Shown here: in pieces, positions 9,757-20,291 of the stretch
How positions within the stretch are numbered: the stretch's first letter is position 1
Layout of the letters: each line of letters opens with the position of its first letter
DNA from: an uncultured Collinsella sp.
GTDB lineage: Bacteria; Actinomycetota; Coriobacteriia; Coriobacteriales; Coriobacteriaceae
NCBI GenBank assembly: GCA_900758845.1
Contig: CAAESW010000068.1
Span: 7,647-71,646 of the forward strand
DNA: 64,000 nucleotides
Reading direction: 5' to 3'
Position numbers and translations under genes: made by a program
The notes under the pieces: model-generated
What the model saw: the letters and a program-made list of their open reading frames with translations, nothing else
The model's database searches: none
Told to the model about the DNA's origin: nothing

Positions 9757-10284
9757 GTGGTGCTCATGACGTGTAAGCTATCTGCTATCGTCGCCGTGTG
9801 TGACGATTGGGGCATTGGGTGCGAGGGCGACATGGTGGTGTCCAATCGCGCCGATATGCGCCATTTTGTGGCCTGCACCAAGGGCTGCCCGGTTATCATG
9901 GGACGCAAGACGCTGCTGAGTTTTCCCGGCGGGCGTCCTCTCAAGAACCGCCGCAATATCGTGCTTACGCGCGATATGGGCTTTACCCACGAGGGCGTCG
10001 ACGTGGTGCATAGCGTTGACGAAGCGCTCTCTGCGGTTGCCGATGAGCTCGTTGCCTGGGTGATCGGTGGCGGCGATGTCTATCGGCAGTTTTTGCCGTA
10101 CTGCGTGGAGGCCGAGGTCACTCATAACCACTGCGTCCATCCCGTGGACACGTACTTTCCCGACTTGGACGCCGATCCCGCGTGGGAGATTGCGCAGCGT
10201 AGCGGGGTCGCGACGATTGCCGCCGGTGAGGGTGACGAGGGCGTCAATTATGAGTTCGTGACGTATCGTCGCATCGCGGCGTAA
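9757..10284 (+). CDS. folA: Dihydrofolate reductase
   Basis: VIMGRKT, PLKNRRNIVLTR, VIGGG, DTYFP; abuts thyA. Start could be ATG 9766. Confidence 0.94.
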   Translation: MVLMTCKLSAIVAVCDDWGIGCEGDMVVSNRADMRHFVACTKGCPVIMGRKTLLSFPGGRPLKNRRNIVLTRDMGFTHEGVDVVHSVDEALSAVADELVAWVIGGGDVYRQFLPYCVEAEVTHNHCVHPVDTYFPDLDADPAWEIAQRSGVATIAAGEGDEGVNYEFVTYRRIAA

Positions 10285-10393
10285 ATCGTCTGGCGTGAAC
10301 GGTATCATCGGGTTGATTGAATGCATGGGGCGGCGCTTAGCGTCGCCTCGTTTGGTATAGATGTGCTGTAAAGAAGGGTGCGGGCTGGCTGCT

Positions 10394-11308
10394 ATGACTG
10401 ATGCCGTTGAGGTTCTGCGAATTGATTCGCTCGAGGACGAGCGGCTCGATGCCTACGTGCGACTGACCGAGCGTGAGCTTCGCTGCGTGCTGGAGCCGCA
10501 AAAGGGCATCTTTATTGCGGAGAGCGCCAAGGTCATCGAGCGTGCCGTGCGCGCCGGATATGAGCCGGTGAGCTTTCTTCTGGGCGAGCGCTGGCTCGAC
10601 CAGATGATGCCGCTGTTTGACCAGCTTGTCGTGCGCGAGGGAGCGGGTCCGGTTCCCGTGTTCGTGGCCTCCATGGAGCTCATGGAGCAGTTGACGGGCT
10701 TTAACGTGACGCGCGGCGCGCTGGCGGCGTTCCGTCGCCCGCGTCAGATTCCGGTTGATGAGTTCTTGGGCGGCGTCGTCGAGGCGGCGGGGAATCGTCC
10801 GGTGCGCGTGTGCGTGCTTGAGGGTATTGTCGATCACACCAATGTTGGCGCGATTTTCCGCTCGGCTGCCGCATTGAACGTTGACGGTATTTTGGTCAGC
10901 CCGACGTGCTGCGACCCGCTGTACCGTCGCTCGGCCCGCGTGAGCATGGGCACCGTGTTTCAGGTGCCGTGGACGCGCATTGGCAGCGAGGCTCGTGTGT
11001 GGCCGCATGATGGTCTGGGCGCGTTGCACGACGCCGGTTTTTCGTGTGCCGCTATGGCGTTGACGGACGACTCCGTTTCGCTTGATGATCCTGTGCTGCA
11101 GAAGATTGATCGCTTGGCGATTTTTATGGGTAACGAGGGTGCCGGCTTGGGCGCCAAGACCATTGCCGGCTGTGACCAAGCGGTGCGCATTCCGATGGCG
11201 CACGGGGTCGATTCGCTCAACGTGGCCGCGGCGAGTGCCGTCGCCTTTTGGCAGCTGTGCCCGCACGTGAGCAACGAGTATCACTACCAGCCGGGGCTGT
11301 ATCACTAG
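10394..11308 (+). CDS. TrmH/SpoU-family RNA methyltransferase
   Basis: NVGAIFRSAAA, GNEGAGL and IPMAHGVDSLNVAAA SPOUT motifs. Confidence 0.92.
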   Translation: MTDAVEVLRIDSLEDERLDAYVRLTERELRCVLEPQKGIFIAESAKVIERAVRAGYEPVSFLLGERWLDQMMPLFDQLVVREGAGPVPVFVASMELMEQLTGFNVTRGALAAFRRPRQIPVDEFLGGVVEAAGNRPVRVCVLEGIVDHTNVGAIFRSAAALNVDGILVSPTCCDPLYRRSARVSMGTVFQVPWTRIGSEARVWPHDGLGALHDAGFSCAAMALTDDSVSLDDPVLQKIDRLAIFMGNEGAGLGAKTIAGCDQAVRIPMAHGVDSLNVAAASAVAFWQLCPHVSNEYHYQPGLYH

Positions 11309-11433
11309 GCAGATAGTTTGCACCGGGCTCTGACTCGGGGTGTTTCGGTCGACGTCGGTCGGTGCTAAGCTGCTATTAGCTTAGGTCTTTAATTACTGTT
11401 TTGTCGGTTGACGTACGCTTTTGGGGAGGGCGT

Positions 11434-12783
11434 GTGGCTAAGAAATCTACGGCTATCGATGTAACGCAAGGTGTCATTTGGCAACAGCTGCTGTCGCTGT
11501 GCGTTCCCATCTTCTTTAGCTCGTTTTTTCAGCAGGCCTACACGCTTATCGGTACCTATATCGTCGGCCAGTTTGGCGGCAAGCTCGCATTGGGCGGCAT
11601 CCAGGCCACGATGGTGCTCACCGAGCTCTGCATTGGCTTTTGCGTTGGCGTCGGCGCCGGCTGCGCGGTCATTACCGGTCAGTATTTTGGCCAGCACGAT
11701 GATGAGCGACTGAGCCGTTCGGTCCATACGGCCATGACGCTCGCGCTGGTGGGCGGTATCGTTTTCTCGATTCTCGGCATAGTGTTCGTTGAGCCCATGC
11801 TGGTGCTTATGAACACTCCGCATGAACTATTGGCCGAGGGCGTGGCCTATGCTCGTTGCTATTTTGCCGCCATGGTTGCGGCGCTGCTGCTCAATATGGG
11901 AACGGCACTGCTGCGCGCCGTGGGCGACACGCGCGGGCCCGCCGTGATCATTGCCTCTGGCTGCCTTGTTAACGTGGTGCTGGATATCATCTTTGTCGCT
12001 GTGTTGCATATGGAGGCGCTGGGCTGCGGCATCGCAGTGGCGCTGACCATTTGCTCCAATGCAACGATGATCGTGTTGCGCATGATGCGCGCTCCGGGTG
12101 CATGGCGTCTTTCGCTGTCTAAGCTCGGTATCGATCGCGGTATTTGCAAGAGTATGATCTCGTGTGGTCTGCCACTCGGTTTTCAATCGGCTGCGTATTC
12201 GATCTCGAACGTGCTGATCCAGGTGTCGGTTAATTCGTTTGGCGCCGATGTCACGACTGCTTGGGGTCTATCTGGGCGCCTGGATGGCATTATCTGGATG
12301 GTGACCGAGGCGCTCGGCGTGTCGATCACCACGTTCTCGGCACAGAACTTTGGCGCGCGCAACTATGAGCGCATGCGCAAGGGCTACCATACGTCGCTCG
12401 TGCTGTCGTTTATGCTCATTGGTGGCCTGTCTGCCGTGCTGCTGGTGTTCTCGGGTCCGTTGTCGCGTCTGTTTGTCGACGATGTTTCGATTTCGGCGTA
12501 CACCACGACGATTCTTCATTTCATCGCGCCGTTCTACGCGATCTTCTCGATTATCGAAAACGCGTCGGGCTCCATTCGCGGTGCCGGCGTGAGTCTGCAG
12601 CCTATGATGCTCACCATCTTTGGCACCGTCGTACTCAGAGTGATTTGGGTGTTTGCGATCATGCCCTTCGATCCGTCGCTCGAGCATCTACTGCTGGTCT
12701 ACCCCGTAACCTGGCTCATTACGGCCACGATGTTCACCGTCTACCATCACAGCGGAAACTGGCTCGGCCGCGCCACCGCCTAA
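11434..12783 (+). CDS. MATE-family efflux transporter
   Basis: About 12 hydrophobic segments; GQYFG, LRAVGDT.GP and AQNFGA motifs; GGGAGGG RBS before GTG 11434. Confidence 0.92.
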   Translation: MAKKSTAIDVTQGVIWQQLLSLCVPIFFSSFFQQAYTLIGTYIVGQFGGKLALGGIQATMVLTELCIGFCVGVGAGCAVITGQYFGQHDDERLSRSVHTAMTLALVGGIVFSILGIVFVEPMLVLMNTPHELLAEGVAYARCYFAAMVAALLLNMGTALLRAVGDTRGPAVIIASGCLVNVVLDIIFVAVLHMEALGCGIAVALTICSNATMIVLRMMRAPGAWRLSLSKLGIDRGICKSMISCGLPLGFQSAAYSISNVLIQVSVNSFGADVTTAWGLSGRLDGIIWMVTEALGVSITTFSAQNFGARNYERMRKGYHTSLVLSFMLIGGLSAVLLVFSGPLSRLFVDDVSISAYTTTILHFIAPFYAIFSIIENASGSIRGAGVSLQPMMLTIFGTVVLRVIWVFAIMPFDPSLEHLLLVYPVTWLITATMFTVYHHSGNWLGRATA

Positions 12784-12869
12784 TGATCCCTTAGGGTCGG
12801 AAGAAAACGGATCATTGCTCTCCGTCGTGATGTCGATGATCCGTTTTCTTCCGTCCCTTTCGGGTCATT
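12782..12869. repeat. Long intergenic inverted repeat (REP-like or bidirectional terminator) between convergent MATE and cobO genes
   Basis: Arms agggtcggaagaaaacggatcat / atgatccgttttcttccgtccct plus outer aatgatccc / gggtcatt. Confidence 0.7.
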
Positions 12870-13354
12870 TAGTATTCGATGCCTTGGCGGGCTAGGAGGC
12901 CTTCGTCGAAGTAGTGTTTGACGGGGCGCATTTCGGTGACTAAGTCCGCAAGGTCGGTCAACGGCAGCAGCCCGCGGCCGGTGAGCACGAGCTCCGTGGT
13001 GGCGGGCTTCAGCGCGATTAGCCCCTCCACATTCTCACGCGTCACAAAGCCGCGGCGCATCGCTTCGCCGAGTTCGTCCAGAATGAGCACGTTGACCTGG
13101 CTAATCTGCTCGCGCGCCAGCTCCATGATCTGTGCGGTACAGGCTTCGGGCGTGTCGCGGTCGGCTTGTACGATGCGTAGCCCCAATCGAGGTGCTGCGT
13201 CATGTTCGGCGCAGTGCAGCTTCTTGGCAAACTGAAGCATGAGCACGTTAAGTCCATAGCCCGTGGCACGCAGCGCGAGCCCCAGCGCAGCCGTCGTCTT
13301 GCCCTTGCCGTCGCCCGTATAGATTTGAACCTTGCCGACTTCCAGTGATGCCAT
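12869..13354 (-). CDS. cobO: Cob(I)alamin adenosyltransferase (CobA/CobO/BtuR family)
   Basis: IYTGDGKGKTTAALG P-loop, LILDE, ELVLTGR, ADLVTEM..VKHYF, GIEY C-terminus. Confidence 0.93.
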   Translation of the reverse strand: MASLEVGKVQIYTGDGKGKTTAALGLALRATGYGLNVLMLQFAKKLHCAEHDAAPRLGLRIVQADRDTPEACTAQIMELAREQISQVNVLILDELGEAMRRGFVTRENVEGLIALKPATTELVLTGRGLLPLTDLADLVTEMRPVKHYFDEGLLARQGIEY

Positions 13355-13431
13355 CTCTGTCTTTTCGTGCCCGGCGTCGGTTTATCGCCGTCCGGGTTGG
13401 GTATTCTAGAAAGCATTATTAACCCCAGTAG

Positions 13432-15339
13432 ATGGAGTTCAAGCAGATGGAGATGGATGACAACAAGCGTAGACGGAATATGATCCTCTACGTGCTCATC
13501 GCCTTCGTCGTCTACCTCGTGCTCTCGACCGTTCTGTTCCCCAACATCGGTCACACGCAGCAGATTACGAAGACCGATTACTCGACGTTTGTCAAAGCGC
13601 TCGATAAGAAGAGTGTCGACAAGGTCGAGTACAACACGGACGATTACTCGATTTATTACACCAAGAAGGGCGAGGACGAGAACATCGCCTATAAGACGAC
13701 CGGTGTGCCGAACGATGCGGGCTTTACCGATCGCGTGCTTGAGTCTGGCGCTTCGCTGGAGTCGGTCGTTCCCGATAAAAACTCGGGTTTGATGACCTAC
13801 TACCTGCTTACGCTCATCCTTCCCATGGCGATTTTCTTCTTGATCGGCTGGTGGCTCAACCGCCGCATGAAGAAGGCCATGGGTGATGACGGTCCTTCGA
13901 TGAACTTTGGCGGCGGTGGCTTTGGCGGCGGTGGACTGGGCAAGTCCGGCGCGCGCGTGATCGCCTCCAAGGACGTGGGCGTGACCTTTAAGGATGTCGC
14001 CGGCCAGGAAGAGGCCAAGGAGTCCCTCAAGGAGGTCGTCGACTTTCTGGAGAAGCCCCAGCGCTACGAGGAGATTGGCGCCAAGCTGCCGCGCGGTGCT
14101 CTCCTTGTTGGCCCTCCGGGTACCGGTAAGACCCTGCTAGCCAAGGCTGTTGCCGGCGAGGCTGGTGTTCCGTTCTTTAGCATTTCGGGTTCTGAGTTCG
14201 TCGAGATGTTCGTCGGCCGTGGCGCCGCCAAGGTGCGCGACCTGTTTAAGCAGGCCAAGGAAAAGGCCCCGTGCATTGTGTTTATCGACGAGATCGATAC
14301 CATCGGCAAAAAGCGTGACGGCGGCGGCTTTAGCGGCAACGACGAGCGCGAGCAGACGCTCAACCAGCTGCTGACCGAGATGGATGGCTTCGATAACCAC
14401 AAGGGTATCGTTGTCCTCGCTGCCACCAACCGTCCCGACAGCCTCGATCCGGCCCTGCTGCGCCCCGGTCGTTTTGACCGCCGCATTCCCGTTGAGCTGC
14501 CCGATCTGACCGGCCGCAAGAACATTCTCGAGCTGCATGCCAAGAGCGTGAAGACGCAGCCGCCGATCGACCTGACCGCGATTGCCCGCGCCACGCCCGG
14601 TGCCTCGGGCGCTGACCTGGCCAATATCATCAACGAGGGCGCCCTGCGTGCCGTCCGTGAGGGCCGCAAGCGCGCTACGCAGGACGATTTTGAGGAGTCG
14701 GTGGAGGTCGTCATCGCCGGCCAGCAGCGTAAGTCCACTGTGCTGTCCGACCACGAGAAGCAGGTTGTTTCCTACCACGAGATCGGCCATGCCATCGTTG
14801 CCGCCCGCCAGAAGGGCTCTGCACCGGTCACGAAGATCACCATCGTGCCGCGCACGAGCGGTGCTCTGGGCTACACCATGCAGGTCGAGGAGGATGAGCG
14901 CTTCCTGACCACGCGCCAGGAGGTCCTGGACAAGCTCGCCGTCTATTGCGGTGGCCGTGCAGCCGAGGAGCTCATCTTTGGTGAGATGACGACCGGCGCC
15001 GCCAACGATATCGAGCAGGCCACCAAGCTCGCCCGTAACATGGTGACGCGCTTTGGTATGTCCGATGAGTTTGGCATGATGGCACTCGGTACCGTTCAGA
15101 ATGCGTACCTTAACCAGGACACGTCGCTCACCTGCGCCCCCGGTACGGCCGAGCGCGTGGACGCGATTGTCGCCAAGCTGATCGAGGATGCGCACGACCG
15201 CGCCCTGCAGATCCTGAAGGAGAACAAGTTCAAGCTCCACGAGCTGGCTCGTTATCTGTACAAGAAGGAGACGATCACGGGCGAGGAGTTCATGAATCTC
15301 CTCACGCGCGAGAATCCGCTGATGCCAAAGCAGCAGTAA
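13432..15339 (+). CDS. ftsH: ATP-dependent zinc metalloprotease FtsH
   Basis: Two N-terminal TM segments, [39 protein letters not shown] zinc motif. Confidence 0.96.
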   Translation: MEFKQMEMDDNKRRRNMILYVLIAFVVYLVLSTVLFPNIGHTQQITKTDYSTFVKALDKKSVDKVEYNTDDYSIYYTKKGEDENIAYKTTGVPNDAGFTDRVLESGASLESVVPDKNSGLMTYYLLTLILPMAIFFLIGWWLNRRMKKAMGDDGPSMNFGGGGFGGGGLGKSGARVIASKDVGVTFKDVAGQEEAKESLKEVVDFLEKPQRYEEIGAKLPRGALLVGPPGTGKTLLAKAVAGEAGVPFFSISGSEFVEMFVGRGAAKVRDLFKQAKEKAPCIVFIDEIDTIGKKRDGGGFSGNDEREQTLNQLLTEMDGFDNHKGIVVLAATNRPDSLDPALLRPGRFDRRIPVELPDLTGRKNILELHAKSVKTQPPIDLTAIARATPGASGADLANIINEGALRAVREGRKRATQDDFEESVEVVIAGQQRKSTVLSDHEKQVVSYHEIGHAIVAARQKGSAPVTKITIVPRTSGALGYTMQVEEDERFLTTRQEVLDKLAVYCGGRAAEELIFGEMTTGAANDIEQATKLARNMVTRFGMSDEFGMMALGTVQNAYLNQDTSLTCAPGTAERVDAIVAKLIEDAHDRALQILKENKFKLHELARYLYKKETITGEEFMNLLTRENPLMPKQQ

Positions 15340-15360
15340 TACTGGTTGCGCAGTGTCAAT

Positions 15361-15397
15361 CGCCCCATTTGAGTGTTTATCTCAAATGGGGCGTTTT
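15361..15397 (+). terminator. Intrinsic terminator after ftsH
   Basis: cgccccatttgag / ctcaaatggggcg perfect stem followed by tttt. Confidence 0.75.
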
Positions 15398-15415
15398 GCG
15401 TGGGGAGAGTTGTAT

Positions 15416-15871
15416 ATGAAGATCGTGGTAAGTGCCTGCTTGATGGGCGAGAGCTGCAAGTATAACGGGCTCGACAACTACCACCGCGCGTTGGTCGAGG
15501 CCTGTGAACGTACGGGGACCGAGGTCCTCTTGGTGTGCCCTGAGGTCTTTGGCGGCCTGCCCACACCGCGCAAGCCGTCCGAGATCGTGGACGGCGAGGT
15601 CCATACCTGCGAGGGCATCTCGGTCGATCGCGAGTTTCGCCTAGGCGCTCAACGTGCGCTCGATATGTGCGAGCAAGCGGGCGGTCCGGAAGAGATCGCC
15701 GCGTGCATCCTGCAGGACCGCAGCCCCTCGTGTGGCGTAGGTCGCATCTACGACGGAACGTTCAGCGGTACGCTCACCGTGGGCAACGGTGTTTTCGTCG
15801 ACCTGCTCCTGCGCCACGGCTACCGTGTGATCCCGGCAAGCGAGTTTGATCCCAGCATGCTGGAGCAATAA
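15416..15871 (+). CDS. DUF523 (2-thiouracil desulfurase-like) protein
   Basis: VSACLMG..CKYNG, VCPEV.GGLPTPR and RSPSCG motifs. Confidence 0.88.
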   Translation: MKIVVSACLMGESCKYNGLDNYHRALVEACERTGTEVLLVCPEVFGGLPTPRKPSEIVDGEVHTCEGISVDREFRLGAQRALDMCEQAGGPEEIAACILQDRSPSCGVGRIYDGTFSGTLTVGNGVFVDLLLRHGYRVIPASEFDPSMLEQ

Positions 15872-15910
15872 AAAACCACCACAAAGGTGCTGCTCCCTTG
15901 TGGTGGTTTT
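15872..15910. repeat. REP-like palindrome, family B copy 1 (also a bidirectional terminator)
   Basis: aaaaccaccacaaagg-tgctgct-cccttgtggtggtttt; near-identical to the reverse complement of 23662-23702. Confidence 0.75.
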
Positions 15911-15919
15911 GGGCTAGGC

Positions 15920-17002
15920 CTAGAGCGTGTGGCCGTAGGCGTTGGCGGCCTTGATGGCGGCGGCGAACTTTTCGTCGGTGAAGGGCTCGGGGTTGCCCTG
16001 CTTCCACTCGTTGGTGGCGTGCGCGTACTCGCACAGAGCCGGGATATCGGACTCGGAAAGCCCGACCTGCTCAAGCGTTACGGGTAGGCCCATCTGCTTG
16101 TTAAAGGCGGCGTAGCGCTCAAGGTTCTCGGTATCGCCCGTATAGGCAAACAGCACGAGCACGCCCAGGCTTACGACCTCGCCGTGCAGATAGGTTCCCT
16201 CGCGCGGAATGCTGCACGTCGCATTGTAGAACGCGTGTGCCACGCTCGAGTTGTAGTAGTAATCGTTTTGGTTGGTCAGGTTCGAGACATAGCCCGTGTT
16301 GACCACGATGTCGAGCGCGATCTGCTTGACGGCTTCGCTCGACAGGTCCTGGCGCACGTCCTCAAGCCCCTGGACGCCATAGGTAAACAGCGGCTCGGAG
16401 CAGGTGTGGGCGAGTGCCAGGCCAAGACCGGCGGTGTGCTCCAAATTACCGGCGCTCGTGGCGTATTCGACCTCAGGCTGCTTAGACAGGGCATCGCCCA
16501 TGCCGGCCCAGAAGTACTCCGCCGGAGCCTCGGCGATGATCTTGGGGTTGATGAAGATGTGCGCCGGTCGGTTGGGGTACGAATAGCCCTCGAGCGAGCC
16601 GTCGTCGTTGTACACGACGGCAATGGCGGTCGCGGCGGAGCAGTTAGAACAGATCGTCGGGACGGTGAAGACGATCTTCTTGAGCTCGATGGCTGCGGTC
16701 TTCACGGTGTCGAGCGCCTTGCCGCCGCCGCATGCGATGAGCACGTCGGCTTCCTGGCAGGCAGGGGAGTTCACGACTTTGGCGATATTGGCGCGCGTGC
16801 TGTTGGTGCCGTAGACGCGCGTCTCCAGAATTTCGACGTCCGTATTCGCAAGGGCGGCCTCAATACCGGGCAGCGCGGCGGCTAGTGCACGTTTGCCGCC
16901 AATGATGGCGACCTTGGCCGCTCCGTACTCTGCCAGTGCGGCGGGCAGCTTGGTAAAGCAATCCTCGCCAACGGTGTAGTCGCTCATTCCGATCGTGCGC
17001 AT
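15920..17002 (-). CDS. Iron-containing alcohol dehydrogenase family protein (glycerol dehydrogenase-like)
   Basis: GGGKALD, PTICSNCS, GMGDALSK, AHAFYN and LHGEVV motifs. Confidence 0.88.
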   Translation of the reverse strand: MRTIGMSDYTVGEDCFTKLPAALAEYGAAKVAIIGGKRALAAALPGIEAALANTDVEILETRVYGTNSTRANIAKVVNSPACQEADVLIACGGGKALDTVKTAAIELKKIVFTVPTICSNCSAATAIAVVYNDDGSLEGYSYPNRPAHIFINPKIIAEAPAEYFWAGMGDALSKQPEVEYATSAGNLEHTAGLGLALAHTCSEPLFTYGVQGLEDVRQDLSSEAVKQIALDIVVNTGYVSNLTNQNDYYYNSSVAHAFYNATCSIPREGTYLHGEVVSLGVLVLFAYTGDTENLERYAAFNKQMGLPVTLEQVGLSESDIPALCEYAHATNEWKQGNPEPFTDEKFAAAIKAANAYGHTL

Positions 17003-17142
17003 AGCAACCTTCTTTCGTTCGATAGAGTGCTTTCAGGTATTTTGCTCCAAAAGAAGGGCTGTAATAGCGACAAATTTCGAACATATAAAACCAGTGTTGA
17101 GGGTTTTTCGCTGGCGCGGAACGTGCTAGCATACTCCGCATA

Positions 17143-17446
17143 AGCGTTGATGGGGACGAGTAGTCGGCCGTCCGCATGCTACAGAGAGCGGGGAGCGCTG
17201 AGAACCCGTGCATGCGACCGATGAAAATCACCCCGGAGCTGCGGTCCCAACGGACGTGCCGCGCAGGTTCGTCTTAGTAGACATCGCCGATATGGTCGTC
17301 GATACAGGCCAGCCGAGTAACGGATGCGAGCGCGCGAATACGCGGGCGAGGGCATCTAAGCTGGGTGGTTAAGCGAAGAGCTTTTGCGGGCGTGCAGTCC
17401 GTTTTGTGGCGCTTCGTCCCAGCTTGCAGGGACGGGCGCTTTTTTT
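17143..17446 (+). promoter_or_regulatory. Ile-specific T-box riboswitch with transcriptional attenuator
   Basis: Stem I with AG box (cagagagc) and gctgaga loop; specifier gaaaATCa (AUC at 17227-17229). T-box agctggg-TGGT-taa-gcgaag pairs with cttcgt/cccagct. Overlapping terminator gcgcttcgtccc/gggacgggcgc plus T7. Confidence 0.9.
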
Positions 17447-17489
17447 GGTGCCCATCGGGCGTGCGCGCCCACGACATGAAAGGGGTACC

Positions 17490-20291
17490 GTGGCAAACGA
17501 GTACAAGCAGACGATGAATCTGCCCAAGACCGGTTTTCCCATGCGTGCCGGTCTTTCCAAGTCCGAGCCCAAGCGACTCAAGGACTGGCAGGACAACAAG
17601 GTCTACGAGCAGGTTCTGAAGAAGAACGAGGGTCACAAGAAGTTCGTGCTGCATGACGGTCCTCCGTACGCCAACGGTCCGATCCACATCGGCCATGCCA
17701 TGAACAAGATCTCCAAGGACATGATCAACCGTTACTGGATGATGCAGGGCTGCGAAGTTCCCTATGTCCCCGGTTGGGACTGCCACGGTCAGCCGATCGA
17801 GCACAAGGTCGAGGAAAAGCTCGGCACCGAGAAGTTCAACCAGACCCCCACGGCCAAGATCCGTGAGCTCTGCAACGAGTTCGCTGTCGAGAACATCGAG
17901 CTGCAGAAGGCCGGCTTCCGTCGTTTGGGCGTGCTCGGCGACTGGGACAACCCCTACCTGACGCTCTATCACCAGCATGATGCCGCCGACATCGAGGTCT
18001 TCAAGGCCATGTTCGATAAGGGCATGATCTATCGCGGCCACAAGCCGGTTCACTGGTGCAAGCACTGCCACACCGCACTCGCCGAGGCAGAGATCGAGTA
18101 CTCCGACGAGACGAGCCCGTCCATTTTCGTGCGCTTCGAGATGACCTCCAAGCCCGCCGGCCTCGAGAACTTCGACGGCCCGGTTGACTTCATCATCTGG
18201 ACGACCACGCCGTGGACCATCCCCTCCGACCAGGCAGTTTCCCTCAAGCCCGGCGCCGCCTACGTCGCCGTTGAGCACGACGGCCGCGCCGAGGTCATGC
18301 TCGAGGACCTGGCTCCCAAGTGCTGCGAGGAGTTTGGCTGGGAGTACACCCCGGTCATGGTCGACGGCAAGCCCTATGTGGTTCCCGCCGAGACGTTCCA
18401 CCACATCCACTACAAGCAGCCGATCTTTGACGGTGTCGAGGGTGTGGCGCTGCTGGCCGATTACGTCGGTGTCGATGACGGTACCGGTATCGTCCACAAC
18501 TCGCCCGGCCACGGCGTCGACGACTACTTTGCCTGCCTCAAGGAGGGCATCACCGACATCTGCATGCCGGTCGATGACGACGGCAAGTTCTACACCGGCG
18601 AGGAGTTTGGCACCGGTGGCCCCTTCAGCGGTATGGATACCGATGAGGCCAACCCGCACATCATCGAGTTCCTGCGCGAGCGCGGCACCCTGGTCCTCGA
18701 GAAGAAGATCACGCACAGCTATCCGCACTGCTGGCGCTGCAAGCACCCGGTGCTCTTCCGTGCTACTGACCAGTGGTTTGTCTCTATGGACAAGACCGGT
18801 TTGCGTGAGCAGGCTGGCAAGGAGGTTCGCGAGAACGTCAAGTGGTATCCGGCTCACGCCGCCAACCGCATCGGCGCCATGGTCGAGCAGCGTCCCGACT
18901 GGTGCATCAGCCGTCAGCGCAACTGGGGCGTGCCTATCCCCAGCTACACCTGCGCCGACTGCGGCGAGAAGGTCATGAACGACGCCACGCTCGACGCCGT
19001 CATCAAGCTCTTCCACGAGAAGGGCTCCGACGCCTGGTTCACCGACGCTCCCGAGAGCTACCTGGGCGAGGCCTGCGTCTGCCCCAAGTGCGGCGGTCAT
19101 CACCTCAAGGCCGATAAGGACATCCTCGACGTGTGGTGGGATTCCGGCGTGTCTTGGAAGGCCGTCTGCGAGTATCGCCCTGAGCTTGAGTACCCGGCGG
19201 ACGTGTATCTTGAGGGCTCCGACCAGCACCGCGGTTGGTTCCAGAGCTCGCTGCTCACCTCGGTGGGTGCCAACGGCCACGCTCCGTACAAGGCGGTCGT
19301 CTCGCAGGGCTTCACGCTCGACGGCCAGGGCCGCAAGATGTCCAAGTCGCTCGGCAACGTCATCGACCCCAACAAGGTCTGCGACGAGATGGGCGCCGAC
19401 ATCATCCGTCTGTGGGTTGCTTCTGTCGACACCAGCTCCGACGTCTCCATCGACCACGAGATCCTTGCTCGTACATCTGATGCCTATCGCCGTTTCCGCA
19501 ACACGCTGCGCTTCCTGCTCTCCGAGCTCGAGGGTCAGTTTGAGCCCGAGACCGACGGCGTCGCCTTTGCCGACTTGCTGCCGCTCGACAAGCTCATGGT
19601 TGCCCGTCTGACCCAGGTCCAGGCCGAGGTCGACGACGCCTACGCCAGCTACGAGTTCCCGCGCGCCTACCGTGCGCTCTACGACTTCGTGGTGACCGAG
19701 CTTTCTAACGTGTACCTCGACGCTCTGAAGGACCGTCTGTACTGCGACAAGCCCGGCTCGCTCGAGCGCCGCAGCGCACAGACCGTGCTGGCCGAGCTCT
19801 TCTCGATGCTCATGCGCGACCTGCAGCCGATCCTGTCCTACACAGTCGATGAGGCCATGGCCTATGCACCTGCCGGCTGCGTCGATCACCAGAAGTACGC
19901 CGCGCTGCTCGATTGGTATAAGTCGCCCATCACGGTCGACGAGGCCAATGAGTTTGAGGGCGTGCTCGAGGCTTCGCTCGAGCTCCGTAGCGCCGTGACC
20001 AAGGCCCTTGAGGATGCCCGTTCTGCCGGCACCTTCACTAAGGGCCAGCAGGTCCGCGTCAAGGCGGTCGTTCCCGCCGAGATGTACGCGCTGCTGACCG
20101 GCGACAAGGCCGTCGACCTGGCCGAGTTCTACATCGTCTCCGATGTTGAGCTGACCCAGGGCGAGGAGCTCTCCGTTGCCATCGAGGCTGCCGAGGGCGA
20201 GTGCTGCGACCGTTGCTGGAACTACCGCACCACCGTCGGCGAGTACAACGGCCACGCGCATATCTGTAAACGTTGTGCCGATGTTTTGTAG
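17490..20291 (+). CDS. ileS: Isoleucine--tRNA ligase (type 1)
   Basis: DGPPYANGPIHIGH, WTTTPWT, WCISRQR, KMSKS, C-terminal CDRCW..CKRC zinc finger; GTG start after AAAGGGG. Confidence 0.98.
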   Translation: MANEYKQTMNLPKTGFPMRAGLSKSEPKRLKDWQDNKVYEQVLKKNEGHKKFVLHDGPPYANGPIHIGHAMNKISKDMINRYWMMQGCEVPYVPGWDCHGQPIEHKVEEKLGTEKFNQTPTAKIRELCNEFAVENIELQKAGFRRLGVLGDWDNPYLTLYHQHDAADIEVFKAMFDKGMIYRGHKPVHWCKHCHTALAEAEIEYSDETSPSIFVRFEMTSKPAGLENFDGPVDFIIWTTTPWTIPSDQAVSLKPGAAYVAVEHDGRAEVMLEDLAPKCCEEFGWEYTPVMVDGKPYVVPAETFHHIHYKQPIFDGVEGVALLADYVGVDDGTGIVHNSPGHGVDDYFACLKEGITDICMPVDDDGKFYTGEEFGTGGPFSGMDTDEANPHIIEFLRERGTLVLEKKITHSYPHCWRCKHPVLFRATDQWFVSMDKTGLREQAGKEVRENVKWYPAHAANRIGAMVEQRPDWCISRQRNWGVPIPSYTCADCGEKVMNDATLDAVIKLFHEKGSDAWFTDAPESYLGEACVCPKCGGHHLKADKDILDVWWDSGVSWKAVCEYRPELEYPADVYLEGSDQHRGWFQSSLLTSVGANGHAPYKAVVSQGFTLDGQGRKMSKSLGNVIDPNKVCDEMGADIIRLWVASVDTSSDVSIDHEILARTSDAYRRFRNTLRFLLSELEGQFEPETDGVAFADLLPLDKLMVARLTQVQAEVDDAYASYEFPRAYRALYDFVVTELSNVYLDALKDRLYCDKPGSLERRSAQTVLAELFSMLMRDLQPILSYTVDEAMAYAPAGCVDHQKYAALLDWYKSPITVDEANEFEGVLEASLELRSAVTKALEDARSAGTFTKGQQVRVKAVVPAEMYALLTGDKAVDLAEFYIVSDVELTQGEELSVAIEAAEGECCDRCWNYRTTVGEYNGHAHICKRCADVL

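Noticed and set aside
17274..20261. 995-aa antisense ORF opposite ileS
   Set aside because: Shadow ORF expected from high-GC codon bias; no recognisable motifs, and it fully overlaps a clear essential gene.
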